IMG/VR virus record: IMGVR_UViG_3300044580_000443
Location: 1 to 24,069 of that record
Direction: 5' to 3' (one strand)
DNA: 24,069 nucleotides
Source of the DNA: a virus
Lineage: Duplodnaviria; Caudoviricetes
The translations under genes and the position numbers were made by a program. The stretch's first letter is position 1. Each line of letters opens with the position of its first letter. Positions 24,020-24,069 of the stretch are shown here, piece after piece. The notes below the pieces were generated by a model, which did not search any database, had not been told where the DNA came from, and saw only the letters and a list, made by a program, of their open reading frames with translations.

Positions 24020-24069
24020 AGGTTTGGGCTTTAGCCCGCGAAAGCCACGCCGCTTTAGCGGCGGTGGAT
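24020..24069 (+). mobile_element. IS200/IS605-family left end (truncated by the window)
   Basis: Target TTAC at 24016-24019, guide AAAG at 24041-24044, then imperfect hairpin ccac-gccgc-ttta-gcggc-g-gtgg (24045-24067). AAAG/TTAC is the IS608 left-end pairing. Confidence 0.75.

Overview
This window is a fragment of a GC-rich siphovirus-type phage or prophage. The host is uncertain. It is bounded by IS200/IS605-family ends: a right end at 18-54 and a left end from about 24020. The + strand (11569-23710) carries a tail and lysis module. It contains a major tail protein fused to an Asp-box propeller, a tail chaperone with an apparent +1 frameshift, a tape measure protein, a Dit-like protein with a propeller insert, a Gp37/Tal-like protein, a LamG protein, a coiled-coil membrane protein and a holin. 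A DUF559 nuclease moron is inserted in this module. The - strand (546-11420) is accessory cargo. The most striking part is a promoter-to-terminator array of four Y-RNA-like ncRNAs directly upstream of a Ro60/TROVE (Rsr) gene. One of the four is a complete tRNA-Thr(UGU) cloverleaf with a 54-nt Y-type module inserted in its anticodon stem, a circular permutation relative to canonical YrlA. Downstream is a tightly coupled operon encoding an RHH protein, SNF2 helicase, IbrA-like PAPS-reductase-fold protein, IbrB/ParB-like protein and a DPPW methyltransferase, a candidate DNA-modification system. I also see a shared non-canonical promoter and leader motif before the + strand blocks, and unclassified structured RNA candidates at 112-535. 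All family calls come from motif recognition by eye; no searches were run.
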